From Planctomycetota bacterium (GTDB lineage: Bacteria > Planctomycetota > UBA8108 > SXIK01): 64,000 nt of DNA. The stretch is taken from the NCBI GenBank assembly GCA_965223845.1, contig CBDCXR010000004.1, positions 4,160,001 to 4,224,000 on the forward strand, written 5' to 3'. Made by a program: the position numbers and the translations under genes. This document shows, in pieces, positions 30,101-39,704 of this stretch (the first letter of the stretch is position 1; every line of letters starts with the position of its first letter). The notes below the pieces were generated by a model. It was not told the DNA's origin. It searched no databases and was given only the letters and a program-made list of their open reading frames with translations.

Positions 30101-31286
30101 CACGCTCGCGGCCGGAAACGTCGCCGGCGATGCGCGCCTCGACCTCGTCGCACGCGACCGCGAGAGGCTCGTACTCCGAGTCGGCGATGGGGCGGAACCG
30201 CTCCGTTTTCGCGAGCCGATCGTCGTGTCCGAGGACTTTTTGCCTTCGGCAGCGGCCGTCGTCGATTTCGACGGCGACGGGCAAACCGAAATCGTCGCAG
30301 CCTCCGATCGCACTCGCAGGATCCAAACGTATCTCGTGAGAGAAGGAAGGGACGAGATCCAATTCACCGCGGGGCCCAGCTTCGCGCTCGGAACGGTTGC
30401 GACCTACGTTCGAACGGCCGACTTTAACGCCGACAGCGTTCCCGACCTCGCGGTTTACTCGTTCACCCCCGGTCAGCTCATCGGCCAGACGGTCTCCATC
30501 GTCTCGGGTCGCAGCGACGGTTCGTTCGGAGAGTTTCGACAGTACGTGGTTCAGACGCCGGCTCACTCGCTGATCGCCGAGGACCTCGACGCGGACGGAA
30601 AAGTGGACGTCGTCGTCGGAGGTACCGATTTCACGACGATCTTTCCCGGACTCGGGAACGGACGACTCGCGGCTGCGCTGCGAATCCCCGGGGAGCGTTC
30701 CGCGGCCACCGTGGCCGCCGATTTCGATGGCGACGAACTCGTCGATCTCGGCGTGCTCCGTCGCGGTCGGTTGAGAATCCTTCGTCACGCGAGCGCGTGG
30801 AACTTCGAGCCGGCCGCGAGCTATCGAACCTCGACGGGTTTCGCATCCATGGTGGCGGCGGATGTAGATCGCGACGGCGACGCCGATCTCGTCGCGACGG
30901 ACAACTTCACCGCGTCGATCGTCCTTGTCGAGAACGCGACGCGAGGATCGAGCGTCGATACGAACGCAGACGGAGTACCCGATGAGTGCGACGACGGTCG
31001 CCCACGCTTCCTCCGCGGCGACACCAACCAGTCGAGCGGTCGCAACATCTCCGACGCGATCGCGCTACTCAATCGACTGTTCGGTGACGGAGGAACCAGC
31101 CCCTGCCTCGACGCGGCCGACGTCAACGACGATGGATCGGTCGATGTAGCCGACCCGATCGCTCTCTTGAGTCACCTCTTCGGCCACGACTGGCCGAGGT
31201 TGCCTCCGCCCTTCGACGCCTGCGGTGTAGACTCGACGGACGACGAACTCGATTGTCGAGCGTTTCCGGGGTGCGAGATCCAATAG
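27171..31286 (+). CDS. FG-GAP repeat + Cys-rich repeat + dockerin protein (paralog 2)
   Basis: Colinear with paralog 1 (DCNRNGIPDRCDL..LYTL; GSCCP; FLRGDTN...CLDAADVNDDG). Start at 27150 or 27171. Confidence 0.88.
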   Translation: MERRAGPKFGARSRAILAFVASLAGSSSVAQVPDCADRPRVLSEIENAGESDCNRNGIPDRCDLSGELYTLSTAFVAPLDRTSRALLLDANADEHLDIVYLRNLASGALALVTRFGDGEGAFERSAEKLVTGSWLAADGLALSTGDIDDDGEPDLAIFGRTLSGWSIAFALGDSERGFEIAHTHDGSPATSLSHGSFVDFDGDGDLDFAWFVRDFSGGPRSRIEWLHYDDGVPRVEAVSDFSADVRGAAWIDVDGDQRSDLVWTEIGASFVSVREPDGSFRTATSLPFAFQSATAADVDADGATDLVFARSALRVVTVAWNDGQGGFTERERTDISIPVGDVSQSQPFAFDVDRDGDVDIGAGIRHSCGLGSRQMWLATNHSDRDFAAIARAMGPPDPLRPAPLHIAVGDVNHDAIPDVVATGSRELGVYLGRIGPVSLDCNGDGVPDECDDRDCDADLIPDECELDSNGDGIPDDCGHDCDGNGVVDAFELANGEAEDCNDNGVPDACELDAADRDRDGRLDECEIADGDDRDCNANGVPDSADLAPSVRFRLTPTIDLETSARIMAFASADIEEDGWADVLVARRGSCCPEKPGQIELLSNVEGSFVNQGVVARTRPSINSLSAGDVDGDGRVDVLVGSTPCSTSAWRPLEILLGSEGGTFFGERREVPAPAEVIGTVLDDLDGDGDLDIAAAVRRTTDTRISFWWNDGGGRFQFGHELSTLGAPLLRAAEFDGDGILDLAVTGRAEQPFWVSLSSEKFRSLNAAPVLQASRFPAHAFGDVDGDGDTDAIAVSATTPNEGGLLRNNGDGTFDASPLAIASPAGIPVLGPVNADGEHQLAIFVSRSSSTRLTPAVLSGLDVRSTGPLYEIPGGLIGRPIVLDVDRDGQTEYVVGSNEGLAIVDSPRFGDWDGGRWLASVRSVQLQFESIDLDADGDLDLAAIYHGENARAASRGTDVLFNENGTFSQTDPFDRGLYTLAAGNVAGDARLDLVARDRERLVLRVGDGAEPLRFREPIVVSEDFLPSAAAVVDFDGDGQTEIVAASDRTRRIQTYLVREGRDEIQFTAGPSFALGTVATYVRTADFNADSVPDLAVYSFTPGQLIGQTVSIVSGRSDGSFGEFRQYVVQTPAHSLIAEDLDADGKVDVVVGGTDFTTIFPGLGNGRLAAALRIPGERSAATVAADFDGDELVDLGVLRRGRLRILRHASAWNFEPAASYRTSTGFASMVAADVDRDGDADLVATDNFTASIVLVENATRGSSVDTNADGVPDECDDGRPRFLRGDTNQSSGRNISDAIALLNRLFGDGGTSPCLDAADVNDDGSVDVADPIALLSHLFGHDWPRLPPPFDACGVDSTDDELDCRAFPGCEIQ

Positions 31287-31289
31287 TCG

Positions 31290-31652
31290 GGAGTCCTCGG
31301 CGGCGAGGGAACGCCCTGAGTCTCGTCGTCGACTCCGAGGTCGACGACCCGTTCGCACAGCGGCGGACTAACGAGTATCGCCGACGTGACCGCGCTCCTC
31401 AGCCATCTCCTCACAGGGGAGTGGCTGCGGCTTCCTCCGCCTTACGAGGAATGTGGCGTCGACTCCACTCACGACGATTTCGATCGTTCTGCGTTTTCGC
31501 AATGTCCTCGGAGCTGGCTAGACGAAATAAGCTCGAAGCTGCGGACAAACTCGACCTTAGCCGGAGTGCTCTACACGCTGCGCCCTGACGCGCGATTCCC
31601 AGATCCAGCATTCGTGGTTATCGCGTTGCTCGAGGCCGAACTGACTACTTGA
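31290..31652 (+). pseudogene. Decayed dockerin C-terminus joined to a fragment resembling the FG-GAP paralog N-terminus
   Basis: ADVTALLSHLLTGEWLRLPPPYEECGVDSTHDDFD...SQCP matches paralog 2's ADPIALLSHLFGHDWPRLPPPFDACGVDSTDDELD...PGC; LAGVLYTLRP matches paralog 1's LAGAFYTLRP. Confidence 0.75.
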
Positions 31653-31826
31653 CTCGACTTGACGCACGGCGTCCAATCTTTGCAATGGGAGCGGCGTACG
31701 TCTATGTCGCCCCGAGAGAGCAAGGTCCCGCGATAGGCGTCTCCGATTCGGAGCGTCTCGGTGTCGTCGATCATCCCGGAGCGCACTCGACGAGGGCCTC
31801 GCGGATCAGGCCGAAAGGAGACACTC

Positions 31827-33554
31827 ATGTCAGGTCGTCCGATCGCCATCGCACACGTTGTCTCGTTCCTCGCTCTGTCGCTGCCGATCTCCGAAAACCG
31901 CTTAGCCGCGCAAACGCTCTACGAGCGAACACACGGGTTTGCGGACGGGAGCGTGAGAGCGACAACTGCGCTTCAACTTTCAGATGGCAGCGCGGTCGTC
32001 GCCGCCCACGGGCTCGGAAATGGAGCCTTGTACCGCCGTGACCCTGAGGGCAATCTAGATTGGGTTCGGGTCTTTGATGGGTGCGTTCTCTCAGAAGAAG
32101 ATGTGATCGACATCTTCACGAAGCCGGTCGCACTCCGCGCCACGGCGGATGAAACGGAAATCCTTCTATTGAGTCAGCATGAAATCGAATTCGATCCGAT
32201 CGGGAACAACGACATGCCGGATTCAGAAACTGCTTTTCGGCCTTCCCTGACTCAAGTGAATGCTGTCACCGGAGAAGTCTTCGCACACACATGCCTCCGG
32301 TTCTCAGATGTCGCTCACTCTGCTGGTGTCGATATGATCATCAGAGCCGATGGGACAATTGAGGTGGTGGGTACAAACACATTAGACTTTAATACATTTC
32401 AACAAGAACCTTTCCTTGTACGAGTCAACACGGGAGGATTTATCGAAAGCGCCCGGTCGATTCGACCGGGCGCGAACGCGACATTCGACAGCCTCCAAGT
32501 CGGTGGAGTCGACTACAGGCCACTGACAGATGAAGTGCTAATTGTAGGCATCGCCAGCACGGCGCCCTTCACTCAGAATTCGCTCTTCGAGGTAACGCTC
32601 ACAGGTGACGATACTGCCGGCTCACTGATCGACTTCGGCGAGGCAAGCAATACCGAGACCGAAGGATTCGAATTGGTGGCACTGCCCAACGGGGACACCA
32701 TCGTCGCGGGAAGGCAGACGGATAACGGCTTCATCATTGGCTCGTTCATCGCCAGGGTGGATTTCACGGACTTGACCACGATCGTCTGGTCGCGCGAACT
32801 GGATGACGAAGTCGTCTTTAATACGATGCGGCTCGACACCCCACAGAATCCACCGGCCGTTATCTTTGGCGGTAGCGGCGCCAACGGCAGAGCGGTGGTC
32901 GGACGCCTCTTAGCCAACGGCGTTGTCGACTGGGTGCGAGATCTTCCTATCGACCTGACCGGACAGGAATATGGGAGTGGCTTTGTAGACACTGCGAATG
33001 GGGAAGTCGCGGTCGTGCGCTCGACGACGAACGGCGAGCCGCTGCGACAGTCCCTCTTGATGCGGCTCGGCAGCGACGGCTCGGGCGTGGGCGGTGCGGA
33101 AAGCTGTAGCGCGTCAGTCGCACAGCTGAGCTCGTCAACGATTTCCATGGACCGGCGTCCTGCGCCGTTCGTGATCGAAGGCTCTCTCGTCCCCGGAATT
33201 GTTGGGACTTTGTGGGAGCCACGGGCGGGGATCGATCGTGAGGCATGCGCTCTATTCGTTCGGGGGGATGCGAACAGTGACGGTGAGATTAATGTCACTG
33301 ACGCCAGCTTTATCTGTACGTGGCTATTCAACGGGGGACAGCCCCCAACTTGCAGAGACGCGGCCGACACTAACGACAGCAATTCGTTTGATGCGACCGA
33401 CTGCGTGTACCTTACGAATTGGCTTTTCTTCGGGGGCCCTCCACCACCACCTCCGACACCCAGCACGTCGGGCACTTATCCGGTGTCTGATTGCGGGATT
33501 GATCTCACTTCGGACGACGACATCCGCTGCGACAGCTTCTCACCGTGCATATGA
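31827..33554 (+). CDS. Secreted putative beta-propeller protein with C-terminal dockerin; atypical (AT-richer) codon usage
   Basis: AAAGGAG RBS; hydrophobic N-terminus; GNLDWVR / IVWSR / GVVDWVR blade-like motifs; FVRGDANSDG...CRDAADTND...CGID..SDDDIRC. Confidence 0.8.
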   Translation: MSGRPIAIAHVVSFLALSLPISENRLAAQTLYERTHGFADGSVRATTALQLSDGSAVVAAHGLGNGALYRRDPEGNLDWVRVFDGCVLSEEDVIDIFTKPVALRATADETEILLLSQHEIEFDPIGNNDMPDSETAFRPSLTQVNAVTGEVFAHTCLRFSDVAHSAGVDMIIRADGTIEVVGTNTLDFNTFQQEPFLVRVNTGGFIESARSIRPGANATFDSLQVGGVDYRPLTDEVLIVGIASTAPFTQNSLFEVTLTGDDTAGSLIDFGEASNTETEGFELVALPNGDTIVAGRQTDNGFIIGSFIARVDFTDLTTIVWSRELDDEVVFNTMRLDTPQNPPAVIFGGSGANGRAVVGRLLANGVVDWVRDLPIDLTGQEYGSGFVDTANGEVAVVRSTTNGEPLRQSLLMRLGSDGSGVGGAESCSASVAQLSSSTISMDRRPAPFVIEGSLVPGIVGTLWEPRAGIDREACALFVRGDANSDGEINVTDASFICTWLFNGGQPPTCRDAADTNDSNSFDATDCVYLTNWLFFGGPPPPPPTPSTSGTYPVSDCGIDLTSDDDIRCDSFSPCI

Positions 33555-33771
33555 GCCGCTCCCACGGGAGTTCGCCTGCTCTCTATCTCGATCAAGCGCT
33601 CGCTTGGCCCTAGTCGCACCTCGTTCGACGAGCACGTAGGATCCGTTCTCGTTCGTATCAACGTCGATTGACCGTCGGACGGCGACGGTCGATTTGGGCG
33701 AATTGCTTCGAGCGATCCCGAGTGCCTTGGAATGAGGACGGAGGCTTTTCGAGGAGTCGACGCCACCGTAC

Positions 33772-33882
33772 GATGGCACGCACCCGATCGAAGTCGGCGG
33801 GGATAGCACCGCGGAGTGCGGGCTCGACCCGACGAATGACGAGCTCGGTTGTTTCGTGTTCTCTCCTTGTGTTCCGCGCTGA
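33772..33882 (+). pseudogene. Orphan dockerin C-terminal remnant
   Basis: 33811-33882 reads AECGLDPTNDELGCFVFSPCVPR*, the conserved CGxDxxxDxLxC....C tail, ending 11 nt before paralog 3. Confidence 0.7.
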
Positions 33883-33893
33883 GCGAGAAGCCA

Positions 33894-36800
33894 ATGCGAC
33901 CCCAGATCGATCTGAATTCGATCGTCGTCGGAGTCTGCGGAATCCTGCTCGTCGGCAGCGTCGCGTTCGCCCAGGATGTCGACTGCACCGACCAACCGCG
34001 CTCCGCCGAGGAGCTCGAAGCCGCCGGAGAAATCGACTGCAACGAGAACGGGATTCCCGACCGGTGCGACATCTCCACGGAGATGCTTACCCTCGACCCG
34101 AAGGCCTGCGTCGAGGCCAACACGCCGTCGAGCGCGCTCCTCCTCGACGTCGACGGGGACGGGAAGCGCGATCTCGTTTATGTCGAAGAAGAAGACGGCC
34201 GGTTCTCGATCGTGACGAGGTATGGGGACGACCAGGACCGCTTCGAGCGCGAGAGTCGAACCTCCCCGATCCAAGGCGATTGGAGATCGGTCCGCGGGCT
34301 CAGTCTGGCGAACGGTGACATCAACGGAGACGGACGCCCGGACATCGCGATCCAGGGCGAAACGGAGAATCAAGACGACTGGTCGCTCGTTTTGGGATTG
34401 GGCGGTTCAGATTCAGAGTTCGAATTCGCGTACACGCTCGGCGGGAACGGGACGACCTTGGAAGCGCCCGGAACCTTTCAAGATCTCGACCGCGACGGTT
34501 CGCTCGAGTTTGTGTGGTCTGCCCGTGCACCGGACGGATCGAGCAGCGTGCTTCAGTGGATCGAGTCCGACGAAGACGGCGTGCGTGTCGAGTCGGGTCC
34601 AGAGTTCCCCGGAAGAGTGCGGGGAATGGTCTGGAGCGACTTCGATGGCGACGGCCGGCTCGATCTCGCCTGGTCTGATCAGAAGCATCAGATCTACCTC
34701 GCGACGCGAAGACCGGGGGGCGATTATTCCGATCCCCTCGCGCTACCGTTCGCCGCCTTCTACAAGGCGGCAGCGGATATCGACGGCGATGGGTCGACCG
34801 ATCTCGCCCTCGCCGTGGATCGGTTCGAGGTCATCGTCGCGTGGAACGACGGAGCGGGTGGATTCTCGGCTGAGAACGTATCGAGCGTCTCGATTCCGTT
34901 TGAAGGCCTCGCCGTCTTCGCAGCTGATGTCGACGGCGATGGGGATCTCGATGTGGGCGGTGCCTACCGAGGACGCTGCCGGCGGGACGACGTTCTCTTG
35001 TGGATCGCGATCCAGCGATCGACTCGAGACATCGATCCGATCGCGCGTCCGGTCTCGAGCGGAGAACCGGCGCGCGAACGACTGAACGCTCCGATCGTCA
35101 GCTCGAGTCGCGGTGCGTTCGACGGCGTCATCGACAGTCGGAGTGACGAGCTCTGCGTCTACTTCGGTCGAATGGCCGCCGGAAGTCGCGACTGCGACGA
35201 CGACGGAGTGCCCGATGAATGCAGCGATCTCGACTGCGACCAGGACCTGATTCCCGACGCTTGCGAGCCGGACGCCGATGCCGACGCGATCCCGGACGGC
35301 TGCGAGAGCGACTGCGACGCAAACGGCATCGCGGACGCGCAGGAAATCGATCGAGGCACCGCGGAAGACTGCAACGACAACGGGATCCCAGATCGCTGCG
35401 AGCTCGCCTTCGCAGATCGAGATTCGGACGGACGCCTCGACGGGTGTCAGCTCCGCGACGGCGAAGCGGAGGATTGCAATGCGAACGGTGTCCCCGACTC
35501 CGCCGACCTTATCTCCACGATGCGGTTTCGCCTGAACACCGTCGACGCTCCCGCAATCGCCGAGGTGGCGCCGGCGATTCAATCCGTAGCCTTCACTGCC
35601 GCGGACGTGGATGGCGACGGCTGGACCGACGTCGTCTTTGCCTCGAGCGGGTCGCGCTGTCCACGTTGGCCGGGACGGGTAGACGTGTATTCGAATCTCC
35701 GGGGACGGTTTGTCGTGCGTCGCGGCGTCGCGCAGGCCGGTTCCCTCGTGCGGTCCGTGAACGCCGGTGACTTGAACGGGGACGGGAGCGTGGATCTTGT
35801 CGTCGGCAGCTCCAGCGACGACGGCGGAGATTCATCACTCGAGTTCCTCTACAACTCCGGCCGCGGGTCCTTCTTCGGCCGCCGCCTCGCGCTCCCGCTT
35901 CCCCCCGGCTTGGTGGATACCGCGATCGCGGATTTTGACGGCGACGGTGACCTCGACGTCGCGGCGGCGATCGAAGGCCTCGAGCTCGACCCGGCGCGAA
36001 TCTCGCTCTGGATGAACGACGGATCCGGGCGATTCGTCTCCGGTCTAGAGTTCGAGTGCGACGTCCGGAGTCCATCGATTCGGACTCCGGACCTGGACGG
36101 GGACGGAAACCCGGATCTCGCCGTCTCTGGGTTCGGCGACCGACACGTCTGGATCGTCTACAGCAGTGATCCTTCCCGAGAGGTTTGGGCGACACCGCCC
36201 GTCGAGTCTCGCGAGCGGATCGAAATCGACTACGGTGACGTGGACGGTGACGGCGATCTCGACGCCCTCGGCATGTTCCCGTCCACCGACCGCGCCGGAT
36301 TCCTCTACCGCAACGACGGTCGCGCCGAGTTCGAAGTGTTGCCGCTCGAAGAGACCGATTTCGCGGGCATACCGGTCTTTCGTTCATTCGGCGAGGGGGC
36401 ACGGTTTCAGCTCTTCAGTCCGCAGCTGATCTCTCGGTCCACGTCAGGGGCGATGGCGAGACTCATCGATCGAAGGATCGTCGCGGCCGGACCGCGCTAC
36501 TTCGCGCCCGGAGTGATGGTGGGACGCCCGCTGGTGTTCGATGTCGACCGTGACGGAACACAAGAAATCGTGATCGGCTCCGAGGAGGGAATCTCCATCC
36601 TCGAGTCGTCGAACGCCGGAGACGAACCCGCCATCGAGAGAATCGGGGAGTACACGGTGGTGCGACCGTTCGAAGCGGTCGACCTCGACGGCGACCGGGA
36701 TCAAGACATCGTCGCGATCCGGCCGTTTCTCGGCTCGCGCGGACCCAGTCAAGTTCTCTTCAATCGCGCGGGAAGGTTCGAGCCTCTCGAGCAGCCCGAG

Positions 36801-37991
36801 CTCAGCCCCGACACACTCGCGGTCGGAAACCTGGCCGGAGATCAGCGCTCCGATCTCGTCGCCCGAATCGGCGAAGGAATGGTGCTTCGAATCGGAGACC
36901 GAGCCGCGCCGAGCGGCTTTCGCGATCCGGAGGTGGTGTCGGAAAGCGTGAATCCGATCTGTGCCGTCGCCGTCGATCTGGACGGAGACGACTCGGAGGA
37001 AATCGTGGCGGGTTCGTTCAACACTCGTTCGCTTCACACGTTCTTCGTCGAAGACGGCGTAGTGCCGGAGTTCACCCCCGGTCCGGTGCTCGTGCTCGGG
37101 GCCTTTCCGTTGCTCATCCGGTCAGCAGACTTTGACCGCGACGGACTGCAGGACCTCGTCGTCTACACATACGAAATCGCCGGGGAGGTGCAGGCGCATG
37201 CGATCGCGATCATTCTGGGCCGGGGCGACGGCTCCTTCGATCGCGTCCATCAATACTTCTTAGAAACCGAGGGGTACGCAGCCATCGCGAGCGACGTCGA
37301 CTCCGATGGGAATGAAGACGTCGTCGTCGGAGGCCAAGAGTTCGCCGTCGTCTTTCGCGGACTCGGCGACGGGCGGCTCGCCGACCCGTTCCGGATCGGC
37401 GACCGGCGGCAGCGATCGACCGTCGTCCGAGACCTCGACGGTGACGGACGCAACGATTTCGCGTTTCTCTACCCGGGACGACTCGCCGTTCACACAAACT
37501 CGGGCGGAATGACTTTCGTCCCCGCCCGCGAGTACCGAATCCCCCACAGCATCTACTGGATCGATGCACTCGATGTGGATCTCGACGGGGACCTCGACAT
37601 CGTCGGAGCCGAAAGCTCTTCGTCCTCCCTCGTCCTCATCGAGAACGTATCGCCGCCGCTCAGCCGCGACGTGAACGGCGATGGCGTACCTGACGAATGC
37701 AGTGGCGACCCCTTCGTCCGAGGGGATGCGAATGCCGACGGTAGGCGCAACGTCGCCGATGCCATCGCGATCCTCAATCGACTCTTCGGCGACGCTAGCC
37801 CCGGCTCGTGTCGCGACGCCGATGACGTGAACGACGACGGAGGGGTGCAGATCTCCGACGCGATCGCCCTGCTCCTCCATCTCTTCGGCACGGGGTGGGA
37901 ATCGCTTCCGGCACCCGACACCCAGTGCGACGTCGATCCCGTCGCCGATCGCCTCGAGTGCGCGTCGTTTCCTCCGTGCCGGGCTGAATAG
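33894..37991 (+). CDS. FG-GAP repeat + Cys-rich repeat + dockerin protein (paralog 3)
   Basis: Signal MRPQIDLNSIVVGVCGILLVGSVAFA; same architecture as paralogs 1 and 2; FVRGDANADG dockerin. Confidence 0.88.
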   Translation: MRPQIDLNSIVVGVCGILLVGSVAFAQDVDCTDQPRSAEELEAAGEIDCNENGIPDRCDISTEMLTLDPKACVEANTPSSALLLDVDGDGKRDLVYVEEEDGRFSIVTRYGDDQDRFERESRTSPIQGDWRSVRGLSLANGDINGDGRPDIAIQGETENQDDWSLVLGLGGSDSEFEFAYTLGGNGTTLEAPGTFQDLDRDGSLEFVWSARAPDGSSSVLQWIESDEDGVRVESGPEFPGRVRGMVWSDFDGDGRLDLAWSDQKHQIYLATRRPGGDYSDPLALPFAAFYKAAADIDGDGSTDLALAVDRFEVIVAWNDGAGGFSAENVSSVSIPFEGLAVFAADVDGDGDLDVGGAYRGRCRRDDVLLWIAIQRSTRDIDPIARPVSSGEPARERLNAPIVSSSRGAFDGVIDSRSDELCVYFGRMAAGSRDCDDDGVPDECSDLDCDQDLIPDACEPDADADAIPDGCESDCDANGIADAQEIDRGTAEDCNDNGIPDRCELAFADRDSDGRLDGCQLRDGEAEDCNANGVPDSADLISTMRFRLNTVDAPAIAEVAPAIQSVAFTAADVDGDGWTDVVFASSGSRCPRWPGRVDVYSNLRGRFVVRRGVAQAGSLVRSVNAGDLNGDGSVDLVVGSSSDDGGDSSLEFLYNSGRGSFFGRRLALPLPPGLVDTAIADFDGDGDLDVAAAIEGLELDPARISLWMNDGSGRFVSGLEFECDVRSPSIRTPDLDGDGNPDLAVSGFGDRHVWIVYSSDPSREVWATPPVESRERIEIDYGDVDGDGDLDALGMFPSTDRAGFLYRNDGRAEFEVLPLEETDFAGIPVFRSFGEGARFQLFSPQLISRSTSGAMARLIDRRIVAAGPRYFAPGVMVGRPLVFDVDRDGTQEIVIGSEEGISILESSNAGDEPAIERIGEYTVVRPFEAVDLDGDRDQDIVAIRPFLGSRGPSQVLFNRAGRFEPLEQPELSPDTLAVGNLAGDQRSDLVARIGEGMVLRIGDRAAPSGFRDPEVVSESVNPICAVAVDLDGDDSEEIVAGSFNTRSLHTFFVEDGVVPEFTPGPVLVLGAFPLLIRSADFDRDGLQDLVVYTYEIAGEVQAHAIAIILGRGDGSFDRVHQYFLETEGYAAIASDVDSDGNEDVVVGGQEFAVVFRGLGDGRLADPFRIGDRRQRSTVVRDLDGDGRNDFAFLYPGRLAVHTNSGGMTFVPAREYRIPHSIYWIDALDVDLDGDLDIVGAESSSSSLVLIENVSPPLSRDVNGDGVPDECSGDPFVRGDANADGRRNVADAIAILNRLFGDASPGSCRDADDVNDDGGVQISDAIALLLHLFGTGWESLPAPDTQCDVDPVADRLECASFPPCRAE

Positions 37992-38135
37992 GCCCGGCCG
38001 ACGGAGCCCCGCGAAAGAAACGAGCGCCCCCAGCGGATCGACCGAAGCGCCCGTACGGACGAAGTGGATACCCCGGATATCCACACTCGACGGTCGACCC
38101 ACGGGAGGCGCTCTCCCAGATCTCATAGAGAGTCG

Positions 38136-38465
38136 TCAATCGCTTGCGGCGGTTTCAGCTCCCCCGAACCGGCTCTCCACACACGCGAGCAGGCTCTCGA
38201 GATGCGGCTCGGCGATCTCGTAGTAGATGCGCCGGCCTTCACGCTCGCTCGCGAGGAAGCCGCAGCGCTGAAGCAAACGGAGATGCTCCGACGCCATATG
38301 GCTCTGAATTCCGCACTCTTCGGCGAGCTCCCCCACCGTGTATCGTCCCGTGAAGAGTAGCTGGAGCATGCGGAGTCGCGCCGGGTGCGCGAGCGCTTTC
38401 AGGCATTCCGCTGCTTGTCCGAGAGCTTCCCACGAAAGGAACTCGCGCTTCCTCGTCTGCGCCAT
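38136..38465 (-). CDS. ArsR/SmtB family transcriptional regulator
   Basis: LKALAHPARLRMLQLL...TVGELA...ASEHLRLL...REGRRIYY. Confidence 0.9.
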   Translation of the reverse strand: MAQTRKREFLSWEALGQAAECLKALAHPARLRMLQLLFTGRYTVGELAEECGIQSHMASEHLRLLQRCGFLASEREGRRIYYEIAEPHLESLLACVESRFGGAETAASD

Positions 38466-38695
38466 ATCGCCAATATATCGGGAAGTCTCGACATTTCAAC
38501 CTCGATTCCCGAACCGGAGATTCGCGGCGGCGACTCGGGATCGCACGGCGATTATCGGCCGCGCGATGCCCGCAGGGATCGACATTCAAAAGCTCGTTCG
38601 CCAGAATCGCCGAATCATCCGGCGGGACTCTAGCCCCATCCACTCGTTCTCAGATCCCGCTACCCGCCTTTCCGCGCCTCCTCGAGACCCCGCGC

Positions 38696-39685
38696 ATGCA
38701 TCTCAATCAACCTCGAATCATCGCCATCGCCGCCGCCGTCGCCATCGCGACAGTGTTCCTTTGGAACCGAGAAGTCGCCGCCTGGATGGGAATCGTCTTC
38801 GCCGCCGGGCTCGCGCTCCTTGCGCTCTCGCGAGCACGTCAGTACTACGAAGCCCGCACGCGCCGCACGGCCGAGACTCAGCGCGAACTCGAGCGGACGA
38901 TCATCGCGCTGACGAAGCCACACGATGAGTACTCGCTCGAAGATCTCAACAACGAGCGGACGATCATCGTGATCGGTCGCGGCCACTCGGGCACCCGGGC
39001 GATCTCGTCGACGCTGCAGAAGAGCGGTGTGTTCATGGGTGCGCCGCTCAATCCGCACGAAGACCTCGTGCCGTCGCTCTTCATGTACGAGGCGTGCAAA
39101 TACATCGGTCGCCACGTCAAGTACCGAGGCGGTCTCGAGTGGGACTTCGACGGCGTTCACCGCGCCGAGGTCGATCCTGGCTTCGAGCGGCTGCTCAAGA
39201 TCTATTTGTCGTCGCTCTTTCCGTCGACGGCGGAATACCGGGGCTGGAAGATTCCCGAGACGACGCTCGCCTATCCCTGGGTTGTGAAACTCCTGCCGCG
39301 GGCGAAGTACATCTATTGGATCCGCGATCCGCGCGACAGCATCCTCGGTCAGCACGGCACGGATGACATTCGCACGTACGATGTTCCGCTCGATGCGATC
39401 GACGATCTCTACCGGCGCCGCGCCGCGTCGTGGAAATATCACTACGACGTCGTCCGGTCGACCCCCGAACCGGAACACTTCATTTCTGTCCGCTTCGAAG
39501 ACTTCGTACTTCGCCAGGACGAGAGCCTCGAGGCCCTCTCCCCGTTCCTCGGGATCGACCTCGCGAAGGTTCCGGTTCGCCCGCAGGCGGTCGGACGCTA
39601 CAAGCGCGCAAACGTCGATCTCAAGGTCGACGATCTCGTCCCACTCTGGGAAGGGATCGGCACGAAAGCCGGCGCGCCGAGCTGA
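38696..39685 (+). CDS. Membrane-anchored sulfotransferase-family protein
   Basis: Two N-terminal TM segments; IVIGRGHSGT 5'-PAPS loop, GWKIP, WIRDPRD 3'-PB motif, VRFEDF. Confidence 0.82.
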   Translation: MHLNQPRIIAIAAAVAIATVFLWNREVAAWMGIVFAAGLALLALSRARQYYEARTRRTAETQRELERTIIALTKPHDEYSLEDLNNERTIIVIGRGHSGTRAISSTLQKSGVFMGAPLNPHEDLVPSLFMYEACKYIGRHVKYRGGLEWDFDGVHRAEVDPGFERLLKIYLSSLFPSTAEYRGWKIPETTLAYPWVVKLLPRAKYIYWIRDPRDSILGQHGTDDIRTYDVPLDAIDDLYRRRAASWKYHYDVVRSTPEPEHFISVRFEDFVLRQDESLEALSPFLGIDLAKVPVRPQAVGRYKRANVDLKVDDLVPLWEGIGTKAGAPS

Positions 39686-39704
39686 TATCGGATTCGCTCC
39701 GTCT

